Shown: piece by piece, positions 1 to 8,802 of the stretch | How positions within the stretch are numbered: the stretch's first letter is position 1 | Layout of the letters: each line of letters begins with the position of its first letter | Origin: an uncultured archaeon | Lineage (GTDB): Archaea; Iainarchaeota; Iainarchaeia; Iainarchaeales; CSSED10-239 | Length of the DNA stretch: 23,188 bases | NCBI GenBank assembly: GCA_964496765.1 | Contig: CAZCAP010000001.1 | Location: 1 to 23,188 of the forward strand | Direction of reading: 5' to 3' | The notes under the pieces: model-generated | Told to the model about the DNA's origin: nothing | Database searches by the model: none | The model's input: the letters and a program-made list of their open reading frames with translations, nothing else | Translations under genes and position numbers: made by a program

Positions 1-10
1 AAGAGTAATA

Positions 11-18
11 TATATAAA
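11..18 (+). promoter_or_regulatory. TATA-box-like element (TATATAAA) upstream of EF-2
   Basis: AATATATATAAACC about 120 nt upstream of the EF-2 ATG; fits an archaeal TATA box with a long leader. Other AT-rich candidates lie closer. Confidence 0.4.
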
Positions 19-137
19 CCTATTTTCCTATATATTATATATATAATAATCTATTTTTAGAACAAAATAGCATTATCTATTATTTATACTGTAAACTATA
101 AATATTTTAAATAAAAATAACTTTAGGTGAATAAACA

Positions 138-2336
138 ATGGGAAGAAAAGAACAGGTTGCAGAACTTGCACAAACATTAATGGCAAACACAAAAAATATT
201 AGAAATATTGCAATTATTGCACATATTGATCACGGTAAATCTACTTTAACTGATAATCTAGTAGCTACTGCTGGATTAATTTCAAAAGATCTTGCAGGAG
301 ATCAAGTTTTCATGGATTCATATATCCTTGAACAGGAAAGAGGTATTACAATTAATGCTTCAAACGTATCAGTACCCTATGCTTTAGGTGATGAAAAATA
401 TTTAATTAATATTATAGATACTCCTGGTCACGTTGATTTCACAGGAGATGTTATTAGAGCAATGAGAGCTGTTGATGGAGCAGTCCTAGTTATTGATTCT
501 GTTGAAGGGGTTATGCCACAAACAGAAACTGTTCTAAGACAAGCATTAAAGGAAAGAGTAAGACCTGTTCTTTTTATTAACAAAGTTGATAGATTAATTA
601 CTGAAATGCATGTAACCCCAGAGGATATGCAAAAGAAATTCGTTAAGGTTGTAATGGATGTTAATAATTTAATATCAAGATATGCAGTAGATGAATTAAA
701 ACAAAAGTGGCAGGTTTCAATTAAAGATGGTTCAGTTTGTTTTGGTTCTGGTTATCATAACTGGGCAATGTCTGTTCCAGCAATGGCTAAATACAATCTG
801 AAGTTTGCAGATATTATAGATTATTGTGAAAAGGAACAACAAAAAGAATTATCAGATAAAATACCAATCTCTGATGTATTCCTAGAAATGGTTATTAATC
901 ATTTACCAAATCCTAAGACTGCTCAAGGATACAGAATTCCTGTTATTTGGAAAGGAGATTTAGATTCACCTGAAGGAAAAGCAATGCAAAATTGTGAAAT
1001 GGGAAACGAAAATGTTGCCATGATGGTAGTAGACGTTGTTCTTGATAAGCATGCAGGAGATATTGCATCAGGTAGAATATATGCTGGTTCAATTAAGAAA
1101 GGAATGGATATAAAAATACTAGGAACAGAAAGAGAAGGTAAGGTTCAACAGGTTGGAATATATCTAGGACCTGAAAGAGTTATATTAGATGAAGTTGAAG
1201 CAGGAAATATTGTTTGTGTAATTGGAATGAAAGAAATTTACACAGGGCAAACTCTTGCAAATAGAGAAATGGAACCATTTGAAGATTTCCTATCGGATGT
1301 TGAACCGGTTATGACTGTTTCCATTGAAGCTAAAAATTCAAAGGATCTTCCAAAACTAATTGATGTTATTCATAATATTACTAAAGAGGATCCAAACATA
1401 AGAGCTGAATTAAATCAAGAAACAGGAGAGCATTTAATTTCAGGAATGGGAGAGCTTCACTTAGAGATTACGCAATACAAGGTTGAGAAAGATAATAATA
1501 TCCCAATAACTGTTTCACCTCCAATTGTTGTTTACTATGAAACAATACAAAAAGATTCACCAGTTATTGAAGGAAAAACACCAAACAAGCATAATAAATT
1601 TAAAATACAGATACAACCAATTGAAGAAGAAATGCTTGAGAAGCTAAGAAAGTTAAAGCTTAATTGTAAGATTAGACAAAATAAAGATATGGAAATAATG
1701 AAGAAGCTTCAGGAGATTGGGTTTACTGGTGATGAATCAAAGAACATCTGGGCTGTATTCAATAATTCTGTTTTAATCAATAGAACAAAGGGTATACAGA
1801 ATTTAAATGAAACCAGAGAATTAATTATTGAAGCATTCCAGGACGCATTGAGAGAAGGTCCAGTTGCTAAGGAAAGAGTTTCTGGTATTCTTGTAAGCTT
1901 AAATGATGCTGTATTACACGAGGATGCTATACATAGAGGGCCTGCTCAGGTTCTTCCTGCAATAACAAGAGCTATCTATGCTGGTGTTCTTGCTAGTGAT
2001 TATACTCTTCTAGAGCCTAAACAACATTTGACTGTATCAGTTCCACAGGATTACATGGGTTCTGTTTCAAGAGTTCTTTCTGGTAGAAGAACACAGATTG
2101 AGGATATCAAGAGTGAAGGAGATCTTTCAATCATTATTGGTAAAATACCAGTTAAGTCAATGATTGGTTTTTCACAGGAAATGAGAGGAGAAACACAGGG
2201 AAGAGCTGTTTGGACTGCTGAATATTCTGGATATGAAAAACTTCCTAAATCCATTTTGAAGGATACAATCATGGAAATTAGAAAAAGAAAAGGATTAGAT
2301 CCAGAACCAAAGACCTGGGAATTCTTCCTAGATTAG
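138..2336 (+). CDS. fusA: Archaeal translation elongation factor 2 (aEF-2)
   Basis: 732 aa with AHIDHGKSTLTDNL (G1), RGITI (G2), DTPGHVDF (G3), NKVD (G4) and the C-terminal diphthamide region LHEDAIHRGPAQ; AGGTGA upstream of ATG. Confidence 0.97.
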   Translation: MGRKEQVAELAQTLMANTKNIRNIAIIAHIDHGKSTLTDNLVATAGLISKDLAGDQVFMDSYILEQERGITINASNVSVPYALGDEKYLINIIDTPGHVDFTGDVIRAMRAVDGAVLVIDSVEGVMPQTETVLRQALKERVRPVLFINKVDRLITEMHVTPEDMQKKFVKVVMDVNNLISRYAVDELKQKWQVSIKDGSVCFGSGYHNWAMSVPAMAKYNLKFADIIDYCEKEQQKELSDKIPISDVFLEMVINHLPNPKTAQGYRIPVIWKGDLDSPEGKAMQNCEMGNENVAMMVVDVVLDKHAGDIASGRIYAGSIKKGMDIKILGTEREGKVQQVGIYLGPERVILDEVEAGNIVCVIGMKEIYTGQTLANREMEPFEDFLSDVEPVMTVSIEAKNSKDLPKLIDVIHNITKEDPNIRAELNQETGEHLISGMGELHLEITQYKVEKDNNIPITVSPPIVVYYETIQKDSPVIEGKTPNKHNKFKIQIQPIEEEMLEKLRKLKLNCKIRQNKDMEIMKKLQEIGFTGDESKNIWAVFNNSVLINRTKGIQNLNETRELIIEAFQDALREGPVAKERVSGILVSLNDAVLHEDAIHRGPAQVLPAITRAIYAGVLASDYTLLEPKQHLTVSVPQDYMGSVSRVLSGRRTQIEDIKSEGDLSIIIGKIPVKSMIGFSQEMRGETQGRAVWTAEYSGYEKLPKSILKDTIMEIRKRKGLDPEPKTWEFFLD

Positions 2337-2368
2337 GGAAATACAAATTCCTAATCTTTAGTTTTTTT
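2331..2368 (+). terminator. Hairpin plus T-tract at the end of the EF-2 gene
   Basis: GATTAGG (2331-2337) pairs with CCTAATC (2350-2356), followed by GTTTTTTT. The stem includes the stop codon. Confidence 0.45.
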
Positions 2369-2668
2369 CTTAGATTAAATTATAGTCTAAGAACTCTTTT
2401 TTATTTTAATTTTATTTTTTTTGATAATCAATTTCTTATTTTTTTAAGTTTCATTAAATGTTGGACGCTTATTTTTTTGTGAAACGAAATAAATTTCTCT
2501 TGAATTTTTGTGTGTGATATTTTTTTTAAATTTTTGTTTTTTTAAATCAAACAAATGGGTGTTGTGTGTATCTCCTTTATTTATGGGTGTTTGCAATAAT
2601 TTACAATTCAAAAAATATTGGACGCAGTTTTTTTAATTTTTTTTAAAAAAATTAAGCGATTGAAAACA

Positions 2669-2676
2669 TTTATATA
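2669..2676 (+). promoter_or_regulatory. TATA box (TTTATATA) upstream of Lys-rich micro-ORF A
   Basis: GAAAACATTTATATAGG about 85 nt upstream of the ATG at 2758. Confidence 0.55.
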
Positions 2677-2757
2677 GGTTTCTAATTACATATAATTAAT
2701 AAATATATTATAATTTTTGCAAATTCATTTTGCAAAGAAAAAAAGGGGGAGACTAAA

Positions 2758-2838
2758 ATGGTTAAGAAGAAAGTTGTTAAGAAAACTGTTGCTAAGAAAC
2801 CAGCTAAAAAAGTAGTTAAGAAAAAGAAGAAGAAGTAA
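2758..2838 (+). CDS. Micro-ORF A, 26-aa Lys-rich peptide MVKKKVVKKTVAKKPAKKVVKKKKKK
   Basis: ATG preceded by a strong SD-like GGGGGAG, TATA box upstream, hairpin/T-tract downstream. Absent from the supplied ORF track because of size. Confidence 0.55.
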   Translation: MVKKKVVKKTVAKKPAKKVVKKKKKK

Positions 2839-2869
2839 ATCTTTCTGATTTATTTTTTTCTTAACGATG

Positions 2870-2901
2870 AAATAAATCTTTTTGATTTATTTCCTTTTTT
2901 T
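2870..2901 (+). terminator. Perfect 9-bp inverted repeat followed by a T-rich tract downstream of micro-ORF A
   Basis: AAATAAATC-TTTTT-GATTTATTT then CCTTTTTTT. Confidence 0.45.
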
Positions 2902-2983
2902 ATTTTATATTTTATTCTCGTTCTTATTTTACTAAATTTCTTGGACAAATGCTAAATATTTTGGACAATTATAAACTATCAGA

Positions 2984-2991
2984 TTTATATA
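2984..2991 (+). promoter_or_regulatory. TATA box (TTTATATA) upstream of micro-ORF B
   Basis: AGATTTATATATC about 95 nt upstream of ATG 3084; same octamer as for micro-ORF A. Confidence 0.5.
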
Positions 2992-3083
2992 TCTTTGTAT
3001 GCAATATATAATTAATAATTTTATTCTATTATTTATAGAATAATTATTCACGAATTATTCAAAGGAAAGGGGGAGAAAAAAAT

Positions 3084-3119
3084 ATGGTAAAGAAGAAAGC
3101 AAAAGCAAAGAAGAAATAA
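3084..3119 (+). CDS. Micro-ORF B, 11-aa Lys-rich peptide MVKKKAKAKKK
   Basis: ATG preceded by AAAGGGGGAGAAAAAAAT (same SD core as micro-ORF A); shares the MVKKK N-terminus; own TATA box upstream. Confidence 0.4.
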   Translation: MVKKKAKAKKK

Positions 3120-3240
3120 ATTTAATTAATTAAGTTTATTTCAGTTATTTATTTTTTTAATATTTTTTTTCTTTTTTTTATTTTTTTAATCTCCGTTAAT
3201 TACAATACCTTTTAAAACCTAATCTACTTTTATTATATCT

Positions 3241-4389
3241 ATGAAAAAGGATATAATTATACTTGGATCTAATTCTAGTTTGTCCATTGCTATTATTGAC
3301 TTTTTTAAAAAATATAAAAATAAATATAATATTGTAGGAATCACCTATGACTGGTCTTTGGATAATCTTGATCTTTTCCTAAAGCAAATAAAAGAAATTA
3401 ATCCAAAAATTATATATGTGGATAGGAAAGAAGATTTTGATTTGATTCAGGCAAAGGATATATCTGATAAAGTTTCTTTATTCCATGGGGAAGATTCATT
3501 TGTTAAATTTTTAAGATCAACAGAGATAGACATGGTTGTGTCCAATCTTAGAGGCAGCTCATCAATCAAGAAGATATTATCTTCAATCTATGAATATAAA
3601 GATATTACTTTACTTAATTCTTCTCCTATTCTCTATTCTGGACAAATTATTATTCAAGATGCAAAATCAAAAGGAGTTTCTTTGAATATTTGCACATATC
3701 CAATATATTCACTAACTCAATTTTTTAAATCAAGAAAAGTAGAAGATATTTATGCACTTCATTTTTTCACATCAAAACACAGTGAAGAAAACAAAATTGA
3801 AGAATTAGATCCTGATGATTACAAAACCCATTTTGAGTTTGTGAAAGAATTTAATTCAACAAATAAAATTAAAATGCTCTATGAATTTTATCTGACAAAT
3901 TATATGTATAACATACCATTAGCAAAAATTTCTTTTTATGAACAAAGCAAACCACTGATATCCATTGCTGTTCAATTTAAGGATGGAAGTAACCTACTTA
4001 ACACAACCAAGAAAGAAATAGAAAATATATTTAATTATTACTTTCTAGACTCTGATTTATTTCCCACAGTAAAGCTTCCTGTTTATGATACCCTAACCAT
4101 TTCTCTTAAAAGAATAGAGCCTAATAATTATAGCCTATTGAAAATGGGATTGGATGCAATCACAAAAGGAGGAGCAACTCCAATAATCTTCTATATAACC
4201 CTAGATAAGATTATAGAGATGATGTACAATAAGGTTTTAAAGAAAAAAACAGATATTCTTAAAATTGTTGAGGAAATAATTAATGATAATCGTCTCTATA
4301 ATAAAAAACTAGATTTAAGCCTAATTTGTGCTCTAGAAAAAAAAATAAGTGATAGATTAAATGAAAAGTATTTAATTAAAAAGAAATAA
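3241..4389 (+). CDS. Divergent DXR-like (1-deoxy-D-xylulose-5-phosphate reductoisomerase fold) protein, probably not catalytic as DXR
   Basis: 382 aa. N-terminal IIILGSNSSLSIAIIDFF resembles TILGSTGSIGxxTLDV; DMVVSNLRGSSSIKKILSSIYEYKDITLLN resembles DxVxxAIVGAAGLLPTLAAIxAGKTIxLAN; KPLISIAVQFKDGS resembles QSVIHSMVRYQDGS; YSLLKMGLDAITKGGATPIIFYITLDKII resembles PCLKLAxEAxxxGxxxxxxLNAANEIxV. TTTAAAAC about 27 nt upstream of ATG suggests a leaderless transcript. Confidence 0.55.
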   Translation: MKKDIIILGSNSSLSIAIIDFFKKYKNKYNIVGITYDWSLDNLDLFLKQIKEINPKIIYVDRKEDFDLIQAKDISDKVSLFHGEDSFVKFLRSTEIDMVVSNLRGSSSIKKILSSIYEYKDITLLNSSPILYSGQIIIQDAKSKGVSLNICTYPIYSLTQFFKSRKVEDIYALHFFTSKHSEENKIEELDPDDYKTHFEFVKEFNSTNKIKMLYEFYLTNYMYNIPLAKISFYEQSKPLISIAVQFKDGSNLLNTTKKEIENIFNYYFLDSDLFPTVKLPVYDTLTISLKRIEPNNYSLLKMGLDAITKGGATPIIFYITLDKIIEMMYNKVLKKKTDILKIVEEIINDNRLYNKKLDLSLICALEKKISDRLNEKYLIKKK

Positions 4390-4391
4390 GT

Positions 4392-5177
4392 CTATAGTTC
4401 TTCTTCTTTAATCACAACAGATGCCCTACTCTTTTCTTTTGCTTGTTCAACTAGTTCTGGTTTTTGTTTAATGTGTTCAAGACCATAGGATGCTACAATG
4501 TGTCCAAATGAATAGGAATATTTCTCATCAAAGGTTTTTTTATTAAACTTAGTGCAATAATGGGAACCTCCTACTCCAATTGCTTCAACCCATCCCTTTT
4601 CTTTCTTAATTTCTTGCCTATTGTAATTAGAAATAACATTAAATAAACAGGTTAACATGAATCTAGCTACATCCCTATCAACCCATGCATCTTTATTTGA
4701 ACCAATCTCATAAAATATAGTTGATGTGGATAGAAAAGGACCATGATGAGTTGCTTCCTGTTTAATTTCATAGGGCTTAAGTGCTAATGGCTTATTACTT
4801 TTAAGCTCAAGTAATAGAGATCTTATTAGAATTGGATCAGTTTCTATGATTGTGTGATCAAGTCCACCAAGATCAGCTTTTCCCCAATTACCTATTGGAT
4901 GAACAGTCATACTTTTTGGTTTAATCTCCCCTAGAGTTGAATGCTTTGATAGAAAGATTATTTGATTGATAGCTAGCTCTGGTTCAATAATTTCTTCTTC
5001 CTTTGAAAAAATGTGTAAAGAAGTAATGATCTTAAGATATACTACATTTTTAGAATTTTCTTTGGTTACCTTAAATACATTAGAATTAATCTCTTCAATA
5101 TCATATTCAGTAAATAATATTTCCTTGAAGTTAAGAGAAGCAATGTCCTGATTTGAAATAATTAGTAAAAAATTCAT
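4392..5177 (-). CDS. dtdA: D-aminoacyl-tRNA deacylase, archaeal DTD2/GEK1 family
   Basis: HPIGNWGKADLGG, EATHHGPF, VGGSHYCTKF and GHIVASYGLEH motifs characteristic of the family. Confidence 0.88.
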   Translation of the reverse strand: MNFLLIISNQDIASLNFKEILFTEYDIEEINSNVFKVTKENSKNVVYLKIITSLHIFSKEEEIIEPELAINQIIFLSKHSTLGEIKPKSMTVHPIGNWGKADLGGLDHTIIETDPILIRSLLLELKSNKPLALKPYEIKQEATHHGPFLSTSTIFYEIGSNKDAWVDRDVARFMLTCLFNVISNYNRQEIKKEKGWVEAIGVGGSHYCTKFNKKTFDEKYSYSFGHIVASYGLEHIKQKPELVEQAKEKSRASVVIKEEEL

Positions 5178-5227
5178 ATTTCATCCTTTTTAGTGTATTT
5201 ACCTTATAAAGATAATAGGGGAAACCA

Positions 5228-5235
5228 TTTATAAA
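5228..5235 (+). promoter_or_regulatory. TATA box (TTTATAAA) for the 5303-12375 gene array
   Basis: AAACCATTTATAAATAT about 70 nt upstream of ATG 5303, followed by a GGGGGAG SD-like sequence. Confidence 0.5.
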
Positions 5236-5302
5236 TATTTTTAGCTACATTATTAGTATATAATTAATAATATATAATCTTAATTATTAGGGGGAGTTAA
5301 AA

Positions 5303-5656
5303 ATGATATATATAGCTAACAAAATGTTTCCATTAAGAATTGATAGAAAATCAAGAGCACCAGTGGAACTAGAAATTTCTTTAAAAAATCAAAACTCATT
5401 AAATAAGTTAATTTCCTATGAAATTGTTTTTCCAGAAGGCATATCTGTAAACACAAAGAATAAGAAAGGAAGTGAGATATTTAAGCTTGGAGAAATGGTT
5501 CCTGATGAAGTAAGGACATTCAAGTATAAATTATTGCCAACTAGCTATTTAGGAGAAGGAACAGTAGAATTGATTGTAAGAGCCTATGAGCACATTGGAT
5601 CCTATGATAATCTAGAACAAACAACAGAAAAAAGAGTTCAAATTAGGGTTGTATAA
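5303..5656 (+). CDS. Hypothetical 117-aa beta-rich (Ig-like?) protein
   Basis: SD-like GGGGGAG upstream; VELEISLKNQNSLNKLISYEIVFPEGISV...GEMVPDEVRTFKYKLLP resembles a NEW3/Ig-like beta-sandwich pattern; family not identified. Confidence 0.75.
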   Translation: MIYIANKMFPLRIDRKSRAPVELEISLKNQNSLNKLISYEIVFPEGISVNTKNKKGSEIFKLGEMVPDEVRTFKYKLLPTSYLGEGTVELIVRAYEHIGSYDNLEQTTEKRVQIRVV

Positions 5657-5671
5657 ATTATAGCTTGTGAG

Positions 5672-6238
5672 ATGAAACTAATGCCACAGAGACCACTTAA
5701 GCTTCCTGAAAAGCTAGCCAAAAAAGGCAAAACCTTAGAGGATATAAGAAAAATGGTTTTTGAGAAGAAAAAAAGCACGTCCTACGTTATTAAACAAACA
5801 AAGGCAGATGCCTTTAAAGAACATGCCTATTTTCAATCACTGGTTAATAAAATAAAAAGAATCAATCAAAGATTAAAAGAAAAAACCACAAATTCATTTA
5901 CAAAAAGAATGCTAAGCTTTGAATTAATAAGAACGAAAATGGACCTTAATTTAATGGAATTTAAAGTTACTACAGAGTTTAATCTTAAAAATATTGAGAG
6001 AATGCCAAATACTAGTAGCGTTGTTTTAAAGAAGATAAGTGTATTAAAAAATATGGTGAATAAAATACTAAGAGACATAGATTTTAGTTTGGAAGCACAA
6101 ACAATATCCATTGAAAATGCAAAAAAGTTCTCAAGCAAGTTAAGTTCTGAATCCCAAAGAATAGATACAATTAATGATTTAGAAAAATTTCTTAACAAAA
6201 AGCTTATTGAGCTTCAAAACTATAAATTATTAAACTAA
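5672..6238 (+). CDS. Hypothetical 188-aa Lys-rich, predicted helical protein
   Basis: Intact ORF 15 nt after the previous gene and 2 nt before tmk; no family recognised. Confidence 0.75.
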   Translation: MKLMPQRPLKLPEKLAKKGKTLEDIRKMVFEKKKSTSYVIKQTKADAFKEHAYFQSLVNKIKRINQRLKEKTTNSFTKRMLSFELIRTKMDLNLMEFKVTTEFNLKNIERMPNTSSVVLKKISVLKNMVNKILRDIDFSLEAQTISIENAKKFSSKLSSESQRIDTINDLEKFLNKKLIELQNYKLLN

Positions 6239-6240
6239 AG

Positions 6241-6936
6241 ATGAATAAAATGATTAAAGGAAAACTAATTGTAATTGATGGAACTGATGGTTCCGGTAAG
6301 GCAACACAGGTTAAACTTCTTAAGGATAAACTAATAAATGAGGGGCATTTAGTTGAGACTATTGATTTTCCACAGTATAGTTTTAAATCTGCAGGTCCAA
6401 CTGAAGAATATCTTTCAGGGAAATATGGTGCTCCTGATGAGGTTGGAGCCTATAGAGCATCTATTTTTTATGCTGTTGATAGGTATGATGCTTCTTTTAG
6501 GATGAAAGAATGGTTAGAAGCAGGGAAGATAGTTATTTGTGATAGATATGTTTCTGCAAACATGGGACATCAGGCAGGAAAGATAGAAGATCTAAAAGAA
6601 AGAGATAAATATCTTGATTGGTTATTTGATTTAGAATTTAATATATTTAAGATTCCAAAACCAGATATAAATATATTTTTATATTTGGATCCGGTTATTG
6701 CAAGAAGACTTGCACAGGAGAACACAAGCAATAAGTTTACAAATGAAATAAAAAAGAATGATATTCATGAGAAGGATCCTGAGCACATGAAGAAGGCAAG
6801 TGAATCATTTAAGTACGTCGCTGATAAATACAAATGGATAACAATAGATTGTTCAGACAAACAAGAACAAGCAGGAATAAGGACAAGAGAAGATATATCA
6901 GAAGAAATATATAATAAGGTAAAGGGGTTAATATAG
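6241..6936 (+). CDS. tmk: Thymidylate (dTMP) kinase
   Basis: [26 protein letters not shown]-loop, [27 protein letters not shown]. Confidence 0.92.
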   Translation: MNKMIKGKLIVIDGTDGSGKATQVKLLKDKLINEGHLVETIDFPQYSFKSAGPTEEYLSGKYGAPDEVGAYRASIFYAVDRYDASFRMKEWLEAGKIVICDRYVSANMGHQAGKIEDLKERDKYLDWLFDLEFNIFKIPKPDINIFLYLDPVIARRLAQENTSNKFTNEIKKNDIHEKDPEHMKKASESFKYVADKYKWITIDCSDKQEQAGIRTREDISEEIYNKVKGLI

Positions 6937-8162
6937 TGAACTCATCAAAGGAAATATTTGAACTTATTAAAAAAGAAGAAGAAAGACAACAAAATACCAT
7001 TGAAATGATTGCTTCGGAGAATATTACTTCAAAAGCAGTTAGAAAGGCTTGTGGTTCTGTTCTTACAAATAAATATGCTGAAGGATACCCTACAAAAAGA
7101 TATTATTCTGGTTGTGAAAACGTAGACAAGATTGAACAAATTGGAATTGATACATGCAAAAAACTATTTAAATCAAATTTTGCAAATATCCAAGCTCATT
7201 CTGGATCAAATGCAAATGAAATTGCTTATTTTTCTTGTTTAGAACCAAAAGATAAGATATTAGGTATGTCTCTAGATGCTGGTGGGCATTTAACTCATGG
7301 TTATAAGATTAATTTTTCAGGTAAAATTTACGAATCTAATTTTTATGGAGTAGGAACTGATGGTTATCTTGATTATGATGTGATTAGAAAGCAAGCTATT
7401 GAAATTAAACCCAAATTAATTATTGCAGGAGCATCAGCATATCCTAGAAAAATTGATTTTTCTGAGTTTAAAAAAATCGCTGATGAATCAGGTGCGTTAT
7501 TAATGGTTGATATGGCTCATATTGCGGGTCTTGTTGCAACAAATCTTCATCAATCTCCAATAACCCATGCAGATATTGTTACATCAACCACACATAAGAC
7601 ACTTAGAGGTCCAAGAGGTGGATTTATTCTTACAAATACAGAAGAAAGAAGTAAAAAAGTTGATAAAGCTTGTTTTCCTGGATTTCAAGGTGGACCACTG
7701 GAACACATAATTGCAGGAAAAGCAATTTGTTTTAGAGAAGCATTAAAACCAAGTTTTAAAAAATATCAAAAACAAGTTCTGTTAAATTCCAAAGTCTTAG
7801 CAGATGAACTTCTGTCCTATGGTTTTAATCTAGTGACAGGTGGAACAGATAATCATCTTCTTTTAGTTGATTTAAGACCCAAAGGAGTTACTGGTAAGGA
7901 AGCAGAAGCACTTCTTGAGAAGTGTGGAATTTCAGTAAACAAGAATGCAATTCCAAATGATCCACAACCACCAATGATTGCTTCAGGTATAAGAATAGGA
8001 ACCCCAGCAATAACAACAAGAGGAGCAAAGGAAGAAGATATAAAGATAATTGCAAAATATATTAATGATATACTTACTAATAAAGATGATGATGCGCTTC
8101 ATCAAAAGATAAAGCTAGAAATTATAGAATTATTAAAAAATTTTCCAATAAATAAAATTTAA
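6936..8162 (+). CDS. glyA: Serine hydroxymethyltransferase
   Basis: [53 protein letters not shown] lysine motif [17 protein letters not shown] start overlaps the tmk TAG by 1 nt. Confidence 0.96.
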   Translation: MNSSKEIFELIKKEEERQQNTIEMIASENITSKAVRKACGSVLTNKYAEGYPTKRYYSGCENVDKIEQIGIDTCKKLFKSNFANIQAHSGSNANEIAYFSCLEPKDKILGMSLDAGGHLTHGYKINFSGKIYESNFYGVGTDGYLDYDVIRKQAIEIKPKLIIAGASAYPRKIDFSEFKKIADESGALLMVDMAHIAGLVATNLHQSPITHADIVTSTTHKTLRGPRGGFILTNTEERSKKVDKACFPGFQGGPLEHIIAGKAICFREALKPSFKKYQKQVLLNSKVLADELLSYGFNLVTGGTDNHLLLVDLRPKGVTGKEAEALLEKCGISVNKNAIPNDPQPPMIASGIRIGTPAITTRGAKEEDIKIIAKYINDILTNKDDDALHQKIKLEIIELLKNFPINKI

Positions 8163-8179
8163 AAAAAAAGGTGGAAACT

Positions 8180-8788
8180 ATGCCTGGAAAAATAAAAAGC
8201 CCAATTTTAATAATGACCAGAAAGAAACTAGAAAGAACAAAAACAAATGCAATAAAGGAACATCAAAAAAGATTAAAGGAAATTAAAGAATCTCAAACAT
8301 ATCAAAATAAAAAAGCAAATGTGAATGAATCTAAAAAGATTGTTGATTTTACTATGTTAAGACGTGATCATAGTAAATTAAATGCATCTTTGAAGAAAGA
8401 GCCTAAAGGTTCATTACGATATTCTCAATTATTAAATAGTAAAAATATTGTAGAAAGTGCACTAAATTTATATAACCTAAATATAAAATTTAAGCATTAT
8501 AAAACAGGATATATTCAAGAATATCATTCAGAAATTGAAAATTTATGCAGTGCGAAGTTTTCCATTTTTTTATCGAATGTAACAACCTATCAAGAACGCA
8601 CGTCTTTTGCTGAGAGTAATAAATTCGTTAAAAAAACACTGCTTGAATTTAATAATTTTGAAAAAACACTTAAGTCTAAATTAACTAGTGAGGATTGGTC
8701 TGAAAATCAATTAAAAGCATTAAAATTAGTTAGTGGCTTTATAAGTGCTAAAAACCAAGAAATTTTGAGTTTAATTAAAAAAAATTAA
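8180..8788 (+). CDS. Hypothetical ~202-aa Lys-rich, predicted helical protein
   Basis: Track ORF starts at GTG 8171, but ATG 8180 is better spaced from AAAAGGTGG; lies 8-18 nt after glyA and 14 nt before the DNPH1-like gene. Confidence 0.75.
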   Translation: MPGKIKSPILIMTRKKLERTKTNAIKEHQKRLKEIKESQTYQNKKANVNESKKIVDFTMLRRDHSKLNASLKKEPKGSLRYSQLLNSKNIVESALNLYNLNIKFKHYKTGYIQEYHSEIENLCSAKFSIFLSNVTTYQERTSFAESNKFVKKTLLEFNNFEKTLKSKLTSEDWSENQLKALKLVSGFISAKNQEILSLIKKN

Positions 8789-8802
8789 AGAAGGATGATT
8801 AT

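Noticed and set aside
2051-2272. Minus-strand ORF inside EF-2
   Set aside because: Antisense to a highly conserved EF-2 region.
2461-2650. Possible sRNA or tiny ORF (MGVVCISFIYGCLQ) between EF-2 and micro-ORF A, with ATGGGTGTT repeated
   Set aside because: Only low-complexity T-rich sequence and a 9-nt repeat; no stable fold or SD that I can support, apart from the TTGGACGC cores reported separately.
4966-5151. Plus-strand 61-aa ORF opposite dtdA, and similar shadows at 5866-6198, 6809-7000, 9197-9421, 10362-10571, 13869-14057, 16825-17025, 20076-20291 and 22172-22381
   Set aside because: All lie opposite, or mostly opposite, supported genes and show composition-driven translations with no independent start context.
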